From the NCBI GenBank assembly GCA_030390025.1, contig CM059438.1:68202001-68266000 (forward strand): a stretch of DNA of 64,000 bases. Reading direction: 5' to 3'. Shown here one piece after another: positions 11,201 through 25,269 of the stretch. The notes beneath the pieces are model-generated. The model was not told the DNA's origin and ran no database searches. It saw only the letters and a list, made by a program, of their open reading frames with translations. Every line of letters starts with the position of its first letter. Position 1 is the stretch's first letter. A program made the position numbers and the translations under genes. This DNA is from Squalus acanthias. Lineage: Eukaryota.

Positions 11201-12189
11201 GTAAGGCTGTATTACGGCGGACATCTCATGCCCACTTGGGTTTCACAGCAGCTACCGTCTGTCTGCAGTCCAGTGCAAAACCAAGATTCAGTCATTCCCA
11301 GGCAGTACACCAATGGTTAACCAGCATGCTAAGCTAGGGTGCAGACTTCTGTTCATTCTTGCAAGCCTAGTTTCCAAGAGCTCTGTTGTCTTGTTGAGCA
11401 GAGAGTGATGTAAGCACAACAGTAAAACTCTGATCTGCTAACCCTGCCTCCTTGTATTAAGTATAATCCTGAGATTGGTATCAGTTGTAGAATTGTTGTA
11501 TACAATGGGATTCCCACTTAAAGAAATCTTTATTCATGTACCTGAACCCTGTTGCACCGTTTCATTCCTAAGCAATCAATTTTTCCATTAATCTTGAAAT
11601 TCGAAAATACTTCCTATTGTGTGTGGGCTGAAAAGTATGGAGCTATGATTAAAGATCAAGCCATAGGGAACTCGCTTAGAAATCCAGATGAATCCATATT
11701 TATGAAATTTGGATCAATTTGGCTAAAACTGATATCGCCTGATTTAGATTTAGAGTGGCTCTGTCTGAAAGCCATGTTGTCGCTGTGTGACGTACATGCA
11801 AATGAACAGATCAGAGATTTAGTCATGAGCAAAGAAGTCACACACCCCCAAACCAACAATTCTACAGTCACATTTTAACTATTTAATCTAAATATATCTA
11901 AAGTTGCAACCAAAGAAACAAGGTAAGAACTTCCCCACATGGATCAAAGTGTTCTTGGGCCTGATCACTGGTTTGGACTCTGATCAGACTTAGGGAAGCA
12001 AGAACATTTGCTTCATGGATTTCATGTCAAACTCTTGACCTGAGGAAAACTAATGTCTTATTTGAAGAGAAGGTTTCATTTCAAGAGACAGTTCTACCTG
12101 CTGGAGAAGATCTGGGAAAACTCTGAAGTGACTATAATTTGTGTGTTCATTTTCAAGTATAGTTGGCTTGTATTTTATCATTTTTTTTA

Positions 12190-12640
12190 TCACTCTTGGG
12201 ATGCGGCCTCTTTTATTGCACATTCCTAGTTAGAAACATAGAAGCATAGAAAAATAGGAGCAGGAGTAGGCCATTCGGCCCTTTGAGCCTGCTCCGTCAT
12301 TCAATATGATCATGGCTGATCCTTTATCTCAATACCATATTCCTGCTCTCTCCCCATACCCCTTGATGCCTTTTGTGTCTAGAAAGTTGCCGTAAGGTTG
12401 TGGCCTTGAATCATGATTCTTTGTGTAACTGAGTGGCAGAAGGCATTAAGTGTAAACCACATGGTGTGGACAAGAGGCTAGACCAGGTAGAGGTGGCAGG
12501 TTCCCTTCCCTGAAGGACATTAGTGAGCCAGCTGAGGTTTTAACGACAGTCCAGTAGCTGTGCTGCTCATATTCCTTGGTGCCAGCTCACAAAAGACCAT
12601 ATTTACCGAATTCAGTGTCACAACTTGCCATGAATTCATG
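12190..12640 (-). mobile_element. Old SINE-like remnant interrupted by a CR1 3'-end fragment (about 12231-12384)
   Basis: The inner piece has a (CATAGAAA)-type tail followed by ATAGGAGCAGGAGTAGGCCATTCGGCCC, as in other CR1 3' ends here. The outer left piece resembles the family-B LINE tail near 18000. Confidence 0.6.
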
Positions 12641-12849
12641 GTCTCTAAGTTGTGATCATGAATTGTAATAGGCTCAGTTTGCTGATCTCAGCTTGGGTGA
12701 CCTTTTGAATTCCTCACAGTTTGCCATGCCCACTAGTTTTCTGTCATCAATTGGATATTACTGCTGTTGCGTCAATGTCAAAATCATTTATATAAATGGA
12801 AAACAAAAGAGGGCTCAGCACTTAACCTGAACTGGCCCCACTGCCGACA

Positions 12850-13150
12850 TCTTGCCAGTCTGAAAAGAATCATTTACACCCCTATTTTTCTCTCTCCTCT
12901 AACCATCCATCTTTTTCCATGTGGCTCCATTCACTGCAACAATTTGTACCTTAATCTTTGGAACAAGTCCCTTATGTGACACCCAATGCATCCCCTTGAT
13001 CCGTATGCGTAGCAAATCTTAAAAAAAATAACATTACTCAAGCTTGACCTGCTTTTTAAAGATCGCCTCTGACCATACCTGATTAGCCAACATCTTTCAA
13101 AATGATCACTTATTTCCTCCTGCATTATGGTTATTAGTATTGTATCCCAA
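12850..13150 (-). mobile_element. Highly decayed CR1 RT fragment
   Basis: ISDHFERCWLIRYGQRRSLKSRSSLSN resembles the CR1 ..HL....LI...QHGF.KGRSCLTN segment. Confidence 0.5.
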
Positions 13151-13210
13151 AGTAAGGCCCTGATTTTAACTCTGGATGGGGCGGGGTAGTGAGATGAGTT
13201 GGGAACTCAC

Positions 13211-13900
13211 CCACACCATCAACATCCTGGGGGTCACCATTGACCAGAAACTTAACTGGACCAGCCACATAAATACTGTGACAACAAGAGCAGGTCAGAG
13301 GCTAGGTATTCTGCAGCGAGTGTCTCACCTCCTGACTCCCCAAAGCCTTTCCACCATCTACAAGGCACAAGTAAGGAGTGTGATGGAATACTCTGCACTT
13401 GCCTGGATGAGTGCAGCTCCAACAACACTCAAGAAGCTCGACACCATCCAGGACAAAGCAGCCCACTTGATTGGCACCCCATCTACCACCTTAAACGTTC
13501 ACTGCCTCCACCACCAGCGTACCGTGGCTATAGTGTGTACCATCTACAACATGTGCTGCAGCAACTCGCCAAGGCTTCTTCGACAGCACCTCCCAAACCC
13601 GCGACCTCTTCCACCTAGAAGGACAAGGGCAGCAGGCGCATGGGAACACCGCCACCTCCAAGTTCCCCTCCAAGTCACACACCATCCTGACTTAGAAGTC
13701 TATCGCTGATCCTTCATCGTCGCTGGGTCAAAATCATGGAACTCCCTACCAAACAGCACTGTGGGAGTACCTTCACCACATGGACTGCAGCAGTTCAAGG
13801 TGGCGGCTCACCACCACCTTCTCAAGGGCATTTAGGGATGGGCAATAAATGCTGGCCTTGCCAGCAACGCCCACATCCCATAAAAAAACGAATAAATAAA
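13211..13900 (+). mobile_element. CR1-group LINE 'family B', 3' fragment
   Basis: ILGVTIDQKLNW...YKAQVRSVMEYS; close reverse-complement match to 17990-18660. Confidence 0.9.
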
Positions 13901-16090
13901 CAAAATATTCATCATCTGCCTCTTTTTTTGTCCCAACCTTCCTAGTTATCCTTGCCTTGGATGGATCCCCTTCACTTCGAGGCGTAAAGCAAGCTGTACT
14001 TCATCCATCCTATATTAAAGTATCTCTCATTGCTGGCCCCCTGTTCAATTTGTGTTTTATTTTCCAACCAACTGAAATGGGCTAGGTACTCTTTCATCGC
14101 ATTGCAGTTGGCTAATTTCTAACCCAATCCCTTTATTTTGTACTTCATTTTGCTGCCAGAAACAATTGGAGTATTCTTATGCAACTTCAAGAGTAAAAAT
14201 TCTCTTCAGTTTGAAGTCAAAGCTACTGTGTGACTGTGGACAGTCTTCCAGACCCATCTGCCCTTCATTGTGACTCATAAGTGATGCCAGTGGCACAGTG
14301 ATGGGGCATAATAATGAGCTGGGTAAGTATTAGTCTTTAGTGAGGCCTGTCTCTATGGGTCTTGCTAATTCATTGACATCTCTCTGTAACATTTATTTGC
14401 ATTGCGTAATGCCACACTCTGATGTATTCTGCTTTGTTATTTGAAGTCCTAATTTATCCCTAGGGTTTTGAAATCTTTACAAACCCTGCTTTATTGAGTT
14501 CTCCTTGAGCTCTGTCCTTTTCTCTCTGCTAGATCTATCCCAGCAATCAATGCACTTTTGGACCAGCACCATCACACACGCACATAAACGTTAATGCCTC
14601 TATCGTAATTCCACAGCAATAGCTGTTCCCTTTACTGTAAGAATAATAATTTAAGTAGAATTAAAAGTTTTTCTGGTCACTTCAACTCTGTTAGAAATGA
14701 TTGTGAATATTCAAAAATCTATACAAATATTTATTTCCCATTATCTGTATTGAAAAGGTTTCAAGCTGCTTTTTGCTTCATCCAAAAGGTACTTAGTGTT
14801 ATTACAGATTCAGTAATACACTAACTGGCAGGTCTAGTTTAGTAGTGAATTATTCAGGTCTCTCCATAAATCAATCACTTTTTGCAAGCGAGACATTGAT
14901 CAAATTCTGAGCTCTATTTACTGCAATAAAAAAGCAATTTATTTACGACAAAATGCTTTGGAAACTAATGATTAGTTTGGCTTCATTCAGTGCCGGCTTG
15001 TCTCTGGAGTTAATTTGGGAGCCACTACATACATGCTTGACTTCAACCACAGTTGCATTAGTTTGTCAGAGCGAGAAGAACTCAGTGGATAAGGTGAGCA
15101 CGAATTTCGAAGAGGTTATAAAGTAAGAGAGTGGAGAAGTGAAGCAAGGGTGTTATCGCAGCGTTACAAATGACCCATGATACCTGGCTTTTTCACCTCT
15201 TATAAATTGTGAAATGCTTTTCTGATAAGGAAATATATAATTAGATGACAATATCTTATAACAATCAAGATATTATTAAAAATCTTGCATATAACACACA
15301 ATTCTGGTCCACAAACCTTACTTGCTCTTGTCATGAATTCTGGTCACACCTTTATGCAAACATTTGCTGTTGTCAATAGTTTTCTTAACATTTTCCATTC
15401 AGTTTTGCTATGTTCAGCAATATAGTAGCGGACCCTGTTCACAAGATGGCTCTCTGGAGCAGCTTTCTGGAATAATTCTAATTTCATCACCAATTTGTAT
15501 ATTTAAAAAAAAAATTGCATTGATCAACATCATGGGGAATTTACTAGTAGTCGCTAAACACTGGGGATGCTGATTAACATTTGAATGATTTGAAGAAAAT
15601 AGATTTAAGAAACAACTTAATTGTATTGTTCCATTTTGGTCTGGTTAGCTGATCTCAGCAAGGCTACAATTGGCCTTTGCATCTCTGGGCAAGGGAGGGG
15701 GAAAATTGGCCAGGCTCTTGGAAAGTGCATGCATGTGGGCACCAGGCTTGGACTGAGCTGTGATGCCCTCAACGATTGAATAGGTTCTTGAGGTGCGCTG
15801 CTGAGGGCTCACATCTGAAAGAACATCCCTTAGCCAAGGTACTGGATAGCAGCCAGTGCTGGTGGAACTGTACCTCCTCCGCACGTGTCGCCATTCAGTC
15901 TTTTTATCTTTACTCTCCATGCATTATATTTTTTGCTGTCGTAAATAAGCCCTTGCTCTTGCCTCTTGCCATCTACCTAAGAATGCTATAATAATGAACA
16001 GAAAACCATTCTTTAGATTTGCTTTCACTTCCTGTGTCTTCACAGGATCTCCCTTATGTCTTTAAAAAGGGCCAGAATTATACAACACTA

Positions 16091-16841
16091 GGGCTAGAAA
16101 TTCGGTGCATTTAGGGCTATTGTTAGCGCCCCCGGGGGGCGCAAATGGGGCACAAACATCCAGGCGCGGCTCCGTTAACAACTCCCGCTAAATTCAGCGG
16201 TAGTTTAGCGGCGGCGGTAACCGATAGCGCCCCGCTCTATGCGCAGGCGATGATGACGTCATCACCATGCGCAGCGCCCCAATTTCGCTCCGCCTGCAAA
16301 ATTGGCCCGCACCCCCTGAATCTTCGCCAGGCGATGACAGCGACCGATTCAGGGGGCGGGAACGGAGCGGCAGGAGGCTCGCGGGGCGATAAGTAATGGG
16401 GAGGTGGTGGGCGGGGAAAAAAAAATCGGCCGACTTACTTGTCGCGGCCCGTTGCCTCTTTGAACGCGCCGTCCGTGCCGCGATCTGGCAGCCCGGCACT
16501 CATCTTCTTTGCCGGGCTGCTGGCACGGCACCCCGCTCCCCGGTGGTCCAGGTAGGGCCCCGCCGAGTTGTGGGCTTGTGCCCTCCCCTTTAATGAGGGG
16601 AAGAGCCCTTCCATGCGGCAGCGCTACGTGGCCCAGTGCGTAGCGCTGCAGAACGCACTGCCCCGATATTCTGGGTCAGCGTTGTAAAACGGAAGTGGAG
16701 CGCTTGAATTAGCGCTCCACCTCCTTCTTGGGGCGCTAGAACTGAATTTAGCGATCAGCGGCGCTATTTTTCGCCGGGCACTAAATTTAGCGCCCAGGCA
16801 ATGCTAGCGACCCAAAATGGTCGCTAACGATTTTTTCGCCC
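16091..16841. mobile_element. Harbinger-type MITE
   Basis: Imperfect TIRs GGGCTAGAAATTCG / GGGCGAAAAAATCG, CpG-rich, repeated TAGCGCC motifs shared with copy B. TSD unclear (cta / tag). Confidence 0.8.
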
Positions 16842-17989
16842 TAGATCTTTTTAGGCATTAATTGCTAACTAAATTCATTGAGCAATTACTGAATGAGTAA
16901 ATAAATAACAGTAATGCCAATATATTATATACACTTACAGTTGAATTCAGACTTTGTTAGTTCCTCATACAAGAAAAATAATAAATGATTTTCATACTGA
17001 AATATATTTTACTGACTTTTTAATTGGTATTCTCATTAACTGCATAAGCCTTTGTGCACCTGACCCCTGTCAACTGTGACTGAAGCTTCTTGGAATTTGA
17101 ATTAACTGTCTTCTAAATTCAAAAAGAATGGTCAACCAGGCACTATCTAAACAAACCACACAGTATAATTATGTTTAAATTGTGCGGCTTGGTTCCTCAG
17201 TCAAGCACATTGCCTGGAGAGCAGACAAACAACTGTCGCAACATTTATATCTACAGAGGCAGGGACTGGGTTCCTGTGAGAGCAGCTGTTTTTTTTTAAT
17301 TCTTATGTACTGTGACTGAATTAAAGCAAGCAATGTCAAGTTAAAAATAGACATAAAAATGCTTCATTCTTGTCACAGGACACTTCTTGCTGAGTCTGAG
17401 GCAGAAAAGACCAGAGAAATTTGCATCGGTACGACAACAGTGAGCCACTAAAGCTGACAAGTTAGGGCCTTCTCTTCTGATTATCAGCGTCGGTACCTCA
17501 CTGTTCAAGGCCGCAGGTCTCATTCAGCAACGAGGTCCTAAAAGATCAGGTGAGTACTGTGGGACTACGGCAAGCAAAAGCATAAAGAGGACACTGGCCC
17601 GCTTACTTCCTCCGTTGGAAAAGGGACTAATTCTAATCTGTGTTCTTGGACAACCGATCGAGCAAGGTTTTGTTTGCTTACTCCACAAAAAAATAAACCC
17701 AAGCAAACCAGTCCCAAACTGTAGCAGGTGTGACCACTAATATGTGAAGTTGGGAGATTTCAGTGTTTTCTGCTACTTTGGTAAATCATGAGGTGCAAGT
17801 ATATGATGGAAAGTGCAGAGGGAATGTTTGTGAGATACATGCTGGTAGTAGCTCTTGTGTTGACAGAGCTTAATACGTGTTCACGGCAGTTTTTATGTTA
17901 AATCTAAGAACAGCAGTCCGAATCATTAGACCAGTATTATCTCGGATTGCCTGAGCATTACATTTATCTCGCTCTCATTTTTTAAAAAA

Positions 17990-20432
17990 TTATTCGTTTA
18001 TGGGATGTGGGCGTCGCTGGCAAAGCCAGCATTTATTGCCCATCCCTAGTTGCCCTTGAGAAGGTGGTGGTGAGCCGCCTTCTTGAACCGCTGCAGTTCG
18101 TGTGGTGATGGTACTCCCACAGTGCTGTTAGGTAGGAGGTTCCATGATTTTGACCCAGCAACGATGAAGGATCGGCGATATACTTCTAAGTCAGGATGGT
18201 GTGTGACTTGGAGGGGAACTTGGAGGTGGTGGCATTCCCATGTGCCTGCTGCCCTTGTCCTTCTAGGTGGAAGAGGTCGTGGGTTTGGGAGGTGCTGCCG
18301 AAGAAGCCTTGGCGAGTTGCTGCAGTGCATCTTGTAGATGGTGCACACTGCAGCCACGGTACGCCGGTGGTGGAGGGAGTGAATGTTTAAGGTGGTGGAT
18401 AGGGTGCCAATCAAGCGGGCTGCTTTGTCCTGGATGGTGTCGAGCTTCTTGAGTGTTGTTGGAGCTGCACTCATCCAGGCAAGTGGAGAGTATTCCATCA
18501 CACTCCTTACTTGTGACTTGTAGATGGTGGAAAGGCTTTGGGGAGTCAGGGGGTGAGACACTCGCCGCAAAATACCTAGCCTCTGACCTGCTCTTGTTGC
18601 CACAGTATTTATGTGGCTGGTTTGTGGTTAATGGTGACCCCCAGGATGTTGATAGTGGGGGATTCGGCAATGGGAATGCCATTAAATGTCAAGGGGAGGT
18701 GGTTAGACTCTCGCTTGTTGGAGATAGTCACTGCCTGACACTTCTGTGGTGCAAATGTTACCTGCCAATTATCAGCCCAAGCCTGAATGTCGTCCAGGTC
18801 TTGTTGCATGCAGGCATGGACTGCTTCATTATCTGAGGAGTTGTGAATGGCGCTGAACACTGTCCAGTTATCAGTGAACATCCCCATTTCTGATCTTATG
18901 TTGGAGGGAAGGTCATTGATGAAGCAACTGAAGATGGTTGGGCCTAGGACACTGCCCTGAGGAACTCCTGCAGCGATGTCCTGGGGCTGTAATGATTGAC
19001 CTTCAACCACCACAACCATCTTCCTTTGTGCTAGGTATGACTCCAGCCAGTGGAGCGTTTTCCCCCCAATTCCCATTGACTTCAGTTTTACTAGGGCCCA
19101 TTGATGCCACACTCAGTCAAATTCTGCCTTGATGTCAAGGGCAGTCACTCTGACCTCACCTCTGGAATTCAGCTCCTTTGTCCATGTTTGGACCAATGCT
19201 GTAATGAGGTCGGGAGCCGAGTGGTTTTGGCGGAACCCAAACTGGGCATCAGTGAGCAGGTTATTGGTGAGTAAGTGCCGCTTGATAGCACTGACGATGA
19301 CACCTTCCATCACTTTGCTGATGATTGAGAGTAGACTGATGGGGCAGTAATTGGTTGGGTTGGATTTGTCCTGCTTTTTGTGGACAGGACACATACCTGG
19401 GCAGTTTTCCACATTGTCAGATAGATGCCAGTGTTGTAGCTGTACTGGAACAGCTTGGCTAGAGGCGCGGCTAGTTCTGGAGCACAAGTCTTTAGCACGA
19501 TAATCGGGATATTGTCGGGGCCCATAGCCTTTGCTGTATCCAGTGCGCTCAGCCGTTTCTTGATATCACGTGGAGTGAATCGAATTGGCTGAAGACTGGC
19601 TTCTGTGATGGTGGGGACCCCGGGAGTAGGCCGATATGGATCATCCACTCGGCACTTCTGGCTGAAGTTGGTTGCAAACACTTCAGCCTTGTCTTTTGCA
19701 CTCACGTGCTGGGCTCCACCATCATTGTGGATGGGGATATTCTTGGAGCCTCCTCCTCCCGTTAGTTGTTTAATGGTCCACCACCATTCACGACTGGATG
19801 TGGCAGGACTGCAGAGCTATGATCCGATCCGTTGATTGTGGGATCGCTTAGCCCTGTCTATAGCATGCTGCTTCCGCTTTTTAGCATGCATGTAGTCCTG
19901 TGTTGCAGCTTCCCCAGGTTGGCACCTCATTTTTAGGTACGCCTGGTGCTGCTCCTGGCATGCTCTTCTACACTCCTTGTTGAACCAGGGTTGGTCCCCT
20001 GGCTTGGTGGTAACGGTAGAGTGAGGGATATGCCGGGCCATGAGGTTACAGATTGTGGTGGAATACAATTCTGCTGCTGCTGATGGCCCACAGCGCCTCA
20101 TGGATGCCCAGTTTTGAGCTGCTAGATCTGTTCTGAATCTATCCCATTTAGCACGGTCGTAGTGCCACACAACACGATGGAGGGTGTTCTCAGTGTGAAG
20201 ACGGGACTTCGTCTCCACAATGACTGTGCGGTGGTCACTGCTGCCAATGCTGTCATGGACAGATGCATCTGCGACAGGTAGATTGGTGAGGACGAGGTCA
20301 AGGAGGTTTTTCCCTCATGTTGGTTCACTCACCACCTGTCGCAGGCCCAGACTGGCAGTTATGTCCTTCAGGACTCGGCCAGTTCAGTCAGTAGTGGTGC
20401 TACCGAGTCACTCTTGGTGATGGACGTTGAAG
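17990..20432 (-). mobile_element. CR1-group LINE 'family B', 5'-truncated ORF2 (end of endonuclease plus RT), frameshifted
   Basis: [47 protein letters not shown] (decayed FADD), YKSQVRSVMEY. Confidence 0.93.
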
Positions 20433-21193
20433 TACATTCTGTGCCCATTTGGATAGCATGGTGGAGGAGGGAAGGGATAGGGGCAATTGTGCAAGGAAAG
20501 AAGATATGGGAGAAGGTGGGCAGAGGCAACAAGGATTTGCTATCCTCGAGATCTCTGACATGGTATTAAGAATTGTGGGATGCACCAAAGATATACTGAA
20601 AGTAAAATCTGTCACAAATTGCAGAGAACCAGAACGTCAAAGGCAACAGCTGGAGCTTTCTGGACTCCCGCTGAGTTAATGGAATCTAAAAACAATTCAC
20701 ACAACCATACCCTTTAAAAGCTCGTTTCCAACAGAGCGATATTTCATAGTTAGTTTACTTCTCAGTAATCAGTGCTTAATGGAAACTGGGGACGAAGCAA
20801 CTGTAGCCAAGTAACTCCTGCATATTTCGATTGCTTCTCTTTCTCTCCTGCCCTGTTTACAGTGGATCATTTTTAAAAACGCAAAATGAAAATTGCTCTC
20901 GAGCTTCATTTCGATATTCGCCGCCAGAACAAATATTTCAAAGTGGCAGATGACCAAAAGAAAGAACTTGCCTTTATATAGCCCCTTATCAGGTTCTCAG
21001 GACATCCCATGGCACCCCTCAAGCTAACGAACAAGCCGGGATACATCTGGTGCTCGCAGCTCAGAGTTAACTTTGAAGAGATTTATTTCCTAAATTCGAA
21101 GCTGACCCAAGAGAATAAAATAACTTGAAAACTGTACAAACCAAAATGCCCCAACATTCATTACTGAAAAGTTAAATTTAATAAAACAATGTT

Positions 21194-21965
21194 GGGGGAG
21201 AAATTGGTATGTGTTGTGCCTGATTTTTGGGCATGAAATGGGCGCAAAACCTATCAATTTCGGGGCGCTATGTCCCGCGTCCAATTCACCCCCAAAAATC
21301 GGCGAATGCAAAATTGGATCGGGCAATATTTAGGCGTTCCCAGCGCCTGCCTGCAAATGGGCGTTAGGCCCCTTGCATGTACCTCTGTTAGGACCCCGAT
21401 CTGAAATTGGTCAAAAGTTCAGTGGAGCGCCGACTGGTTTTTCCCATGTCTACAGCGGTCTAACTAGTCGTCCTTAACGGGACAGCTGGTGCCGCCAGAG
21501 ACAAGGTAAGTACAATTTCTTTCACTTTTTAACTTACCTCAATATGGAGCCAGGAGGAGCCCCCCCGCACCCCACCCCTCCTCCCCGCCCCCCCAGAACT
21601 TACCTGAGCCTCCGAGCTGGTCAGTGTTGCGCTGGGCCTGAGTGGCAAGCTTCATTGGGATGCCAATTAGCGCCCGCAGCTCACTGGTTCCATGGCCATT
21701 TCGGACCAATCTCGGGCGATCCTCAGGTCGACCATTTCGGACGCACGTTGTAGTCGCACTGCCCATTTTGCTATGTTCAGCGATATAGTTGCAGACTCTG
21801 ATCACAAGATGGCTCTGTAGAGTAGCTTTCTGGAGTAACTCCATTATCAATTTGTATATTTTAAAAAAAAATTATATTGATCAACACCATGGGGCAATTA
21901 CTAGTTGTCGCTAAGCACTGGGGAAGCTGGGCTTCTATAGTTGGACTCTAACCAATTTCTGTCCC
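21194..21965. mobile_element. Harbinger-type MITE containing a copy of sequence from 15403-15572
   Basis: TIRs GGGGGAGAAATTGGT / GGGACAGAAATTGGT; flanks gtt / att. Confidence 0.8.
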
Positions 21966-22789
21966 ATTTCCTTTTGGATAATGGATTGAGCAATTGGTCC
22001 TAAATTTCTTCGAAGGTTCCCTCATACATCCACCATAAGTCTGGTGGAAGCCACCAGTAGAAAGAAAGGGCCCTGTTACGCCATGTCCGGGAGTTACTGG
22101 TTGGCCTTTTAAGGGGCAGAACCTCCATCCACCTCATAGAATGACACCAAGGGGGTGGAGCAAGGGGCATGGACCTCCAACTCTGAGAGTTTTCACTTCC
22201 TCGGCTCAGAAGAGGCTGGCAGGATGGAGAGAGGTAAGATGCACCATCGTCCAAATGGGCAGAAATGTGCCCACTGAGACGTAAGCCACCTGGATCCCCA
22301 AAGAAAAAAACATTTTGGATGGGTCCCTTTATGCAGGGGGCCGAGGGGAGAGCTGAATGGCATCTCAGGAGAGAGGAGCCCAGACTCTTCCCAATGGGCA
22401 TTTGTCATCAGAGTTTCGGCCTGCATGGGGCAGGTGAATGCCGGAGATGTGCCCATAGTGACGTGCCCCTGTGTCCCCATGCAAATGGGGTGGTCTCCTG
22501 CTGACCCCGCAAACATCAGCAGAGTTAACATTGTAAAGCACTCGTAGGTGCGATCAAAGGGGTAACACTGCGATCACGGCCAGCAGATTCTCAGGGTCAT
22601 TATAATTTACAATGAAATGTTTTTTCTCCAAAATTTCTATTCCATAATCATCATCCTCCAGGTTATTCCACTGTAAAAGTATCACTTGGACCATGAAATA
22701 ACACCATGGGATACTCCCACAGCGCACTTGTCTGAAATTCCTCTTTCTGCTACTTTTGCAGAGATATTCACCCAATTCAAAATAACTTG

Positions 22790-23855
22790 GTTAATGCCTC
22801 ATGGCAGCTGCCAGGGAATTTGGTGCACACATGCATGATGCTCTTCCTATGGTTGCAGACGAGCTGCACATTGAGGGAGTGGAAGCCATTGTGGTTGACA
22901 AAGGCTCCTGGGTGATGATGGGGTGCCCTGATGGCCACATGTGTGCAGTCGATGACGCCCTGCACCCGTGGGAACCAGCCAGAGCGGCAAAGCCCAGCGC
23001 CCGCTCAGTAACACTGGCTTCATCAGTGGCAAAGTTAATATAATTGGCTGACTAATTGGCGCAATAGCCTGAGCCTCCTTTGGCACTGCTGCTCATTCAT
23101 GTTGAGGAAGCTTATCCTCTGCCTGTATACCCTGTGTTGGGGGTATCGCCTCCGGCGTGGTGCAGCCCTGCACTGATGCCCTCTGTCCTGTGCAGCAGCA
23201 GGTATTTGAGGAGAAGGTTGGTGGTGTTGTTGTTGGTGCTGCTGGTGCTGCTGGTGTTGGGGCTCATCGTGGTCCAATTCTGAGGACCAAGGTGAGACAG
23301 TATAAACGGCGCCCATGTTGATGGAATAGATGGCAGGTCAAGTAGAGATCAAAGCAGCAAGGTGTCAATGGTGTGATAGGTTATAACAATGAGGTGAGAC
23401 TGGATGGTGACTTTGCTGGAAACACTTGCAGCCTGTAGAAAGCTAAATCTGTGCTGGGAATGCAGTCAGCAACAGCTTCTGCCTGAGGAAAGTGATCAGC
23501 TATGAGGTGGGAGGTTTTATAGTACATTTGATGCTGTCATCTAATCAGCTGGAGCAATGGCCACTCAACTCCCGCCTCAGGCTGACAGACGTGGTTCCCG
23601 AGCTGCGTGAATCCCGTGGGCAGCCAGGGAAATTCGAAAGGTAGGCTGAAAAAGGGTCTGACAACTACCTGTTAATGATTTGAATTAGGTCGCCCGCCTC
23701 TGCCGGTCGGGTCACTGCTGCACCGGCAAACGCGCCCGAGGGAAAGGCAAGGGGGGCGGGATGACGGCGGGTTCCCGACCCGCTGCGACTTATTTCAAAT
23801 TTCCCATCCGACCCGCCTCCAATTCGCCCTCAAGGGCCCCAGAAAATTCCGACCC
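22790..23855 (-). mobile_element. Truncated Harbinger element, copy C, with internally deleted transposase 5' half
   Basis: MGAV...RRRRYPQHRVYRQRISFLNMNEQQCQRRLRL followed by [30 protein letters not shown]. Terminus AAAATTCCGACCC. Confidence 0.85.
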
Positions 23856-24796
23856 CTGTCTTTTGTCTTTATTGATGCTGATCGAGCTGCTGTGTGTCTC
23901 CAACATCTTCTGTTTTTACGACAGTTTCTTCCTCTTAACGCCGAGCCTGTCAAGCTGCGTTTTTCCGCATATTTTCAGTGATTGGTCAACATTAATTCCA
24001 TAATTAACCATTGCTGAATATAGGTAGTGCCAGACTAACAGAACACACCAAAGTACAATTTAATTCGGGTTCTTCAAGTAACAATAGCACATAAGCTACT
24101 TGGTAAAGTTTAAAGTCATGCACACGTGCAATGTGTAGATTTTTTCAGTGCTGGTCAATATGTCAGATGAAGATTTATCACCCATCAAAACGTGACTGCT
24201 GCTTTACTTCCAAATTATCTTGAATTGTGACCAGTTTTGAACTGCGAGCCATTTCCCCGAGGAACTAGATTATGGTTGTTTAGGGTAATTCATTGATTCC
24301 CACTGACAGAGAGGAGACTTGCATCCTATCAATCTCCCATGTAAGTGATGGGACTTAAGTAAGTTATTGTGATGAGAGGATTTATTCAGCATATAGTGAC
24401 AGATTAAATGACTTTTCTAAATTCACACAAATAGGGCCATTATTGCAAGTTTCCAATAGTTAAATTACAACTTTGCCAATTAACATTCTCATACAACTAA
24501 ATGTCACCTTACAAGCAGGACGCTGCTCTAGAGCGCAGTCTCAGAATTCTGAAAAAAAATCAATACGTAGCAAATGGTTCTGCATCCCTCATACACACAC
24601 ACACGCCCACACTATCTAGGCCAGGCTACTGGTTAGCAATCAGAAGCGGGAATACTGGCTCTCTTTCCCTTTACAAGCCGAGAGCTCATTTAAAGGCAAC
24701 TGCTGCCCTGGGATCAGAAAACTCAGCACAGACCAGAAACTGAAGCTGTGACCTTATGGCTTTTTGGGCAAGGTGGTGGGAGGAGGGGGACTATCA

Positions 24797-25269
24797 GGGT
24801 GAATTTCCTTGGGGCTTCTCCCAACTCCGCTGCTTGAATGTCAGCGGAGGTTTATAAGAACATAAGAACATAAGAAATAGGAGCAAGAGTAGGCCATTCG
24901 ACCCTTTGAGCCTGCTCTGCCATTCAATAAGATCATGGCTGATCTTCTACCTCAACTCCACCATCCCGCATTATCCCCATATCCCTTGATTCCCTTAACA
25001 TCCAAAAATCTATCGATCTCTGTCTTGAATACACTCAACGACTGAGCCTCCACAGCCCTCTGGGGTAGAGAATTCCAAAAATTCACAACGCTTTGAGTGA
25101 AGAAATTCCTCCTCATCTCAGTCCTAAATGGCTAACTCCTTATTCTGAGACTGTGACCCCTAGTTCTAGACTCTCCAGCCAGGGAAAACATCCTTCCAAC
25201 ATCTACCCTGTCAAGCCCTGCTGGAGTTATGGCTTCGCAGTGGTAGAAGCCTCGAGGAAATTCAGCCCC
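24797..25269. mobile_element. Short MITE split by a minus-strand CR1 3' fragment (about 24855-25220)
   Basis: Ends GGGTGAATTTCCT and AGGAAATTCAGCCCC. The inner segment has a (TAAGAACA)n tail and CR1 3' sequence. Confidence 0.7.

Noticed and set aside
11552..11878. 108-aa ORF in non-repeat DNA (likewise 42736-43095, 52801-53157, 63071-63253)
   Set aside because: No recognisable domain, non-ATG starts, and no consistent splice frame; compatible with chance.
21980..22530. GC-richer segment that may belong to Harbinger copy C
   Set aside because: No terminus, TSD or protein motif could be identified by eye; left unassigned.
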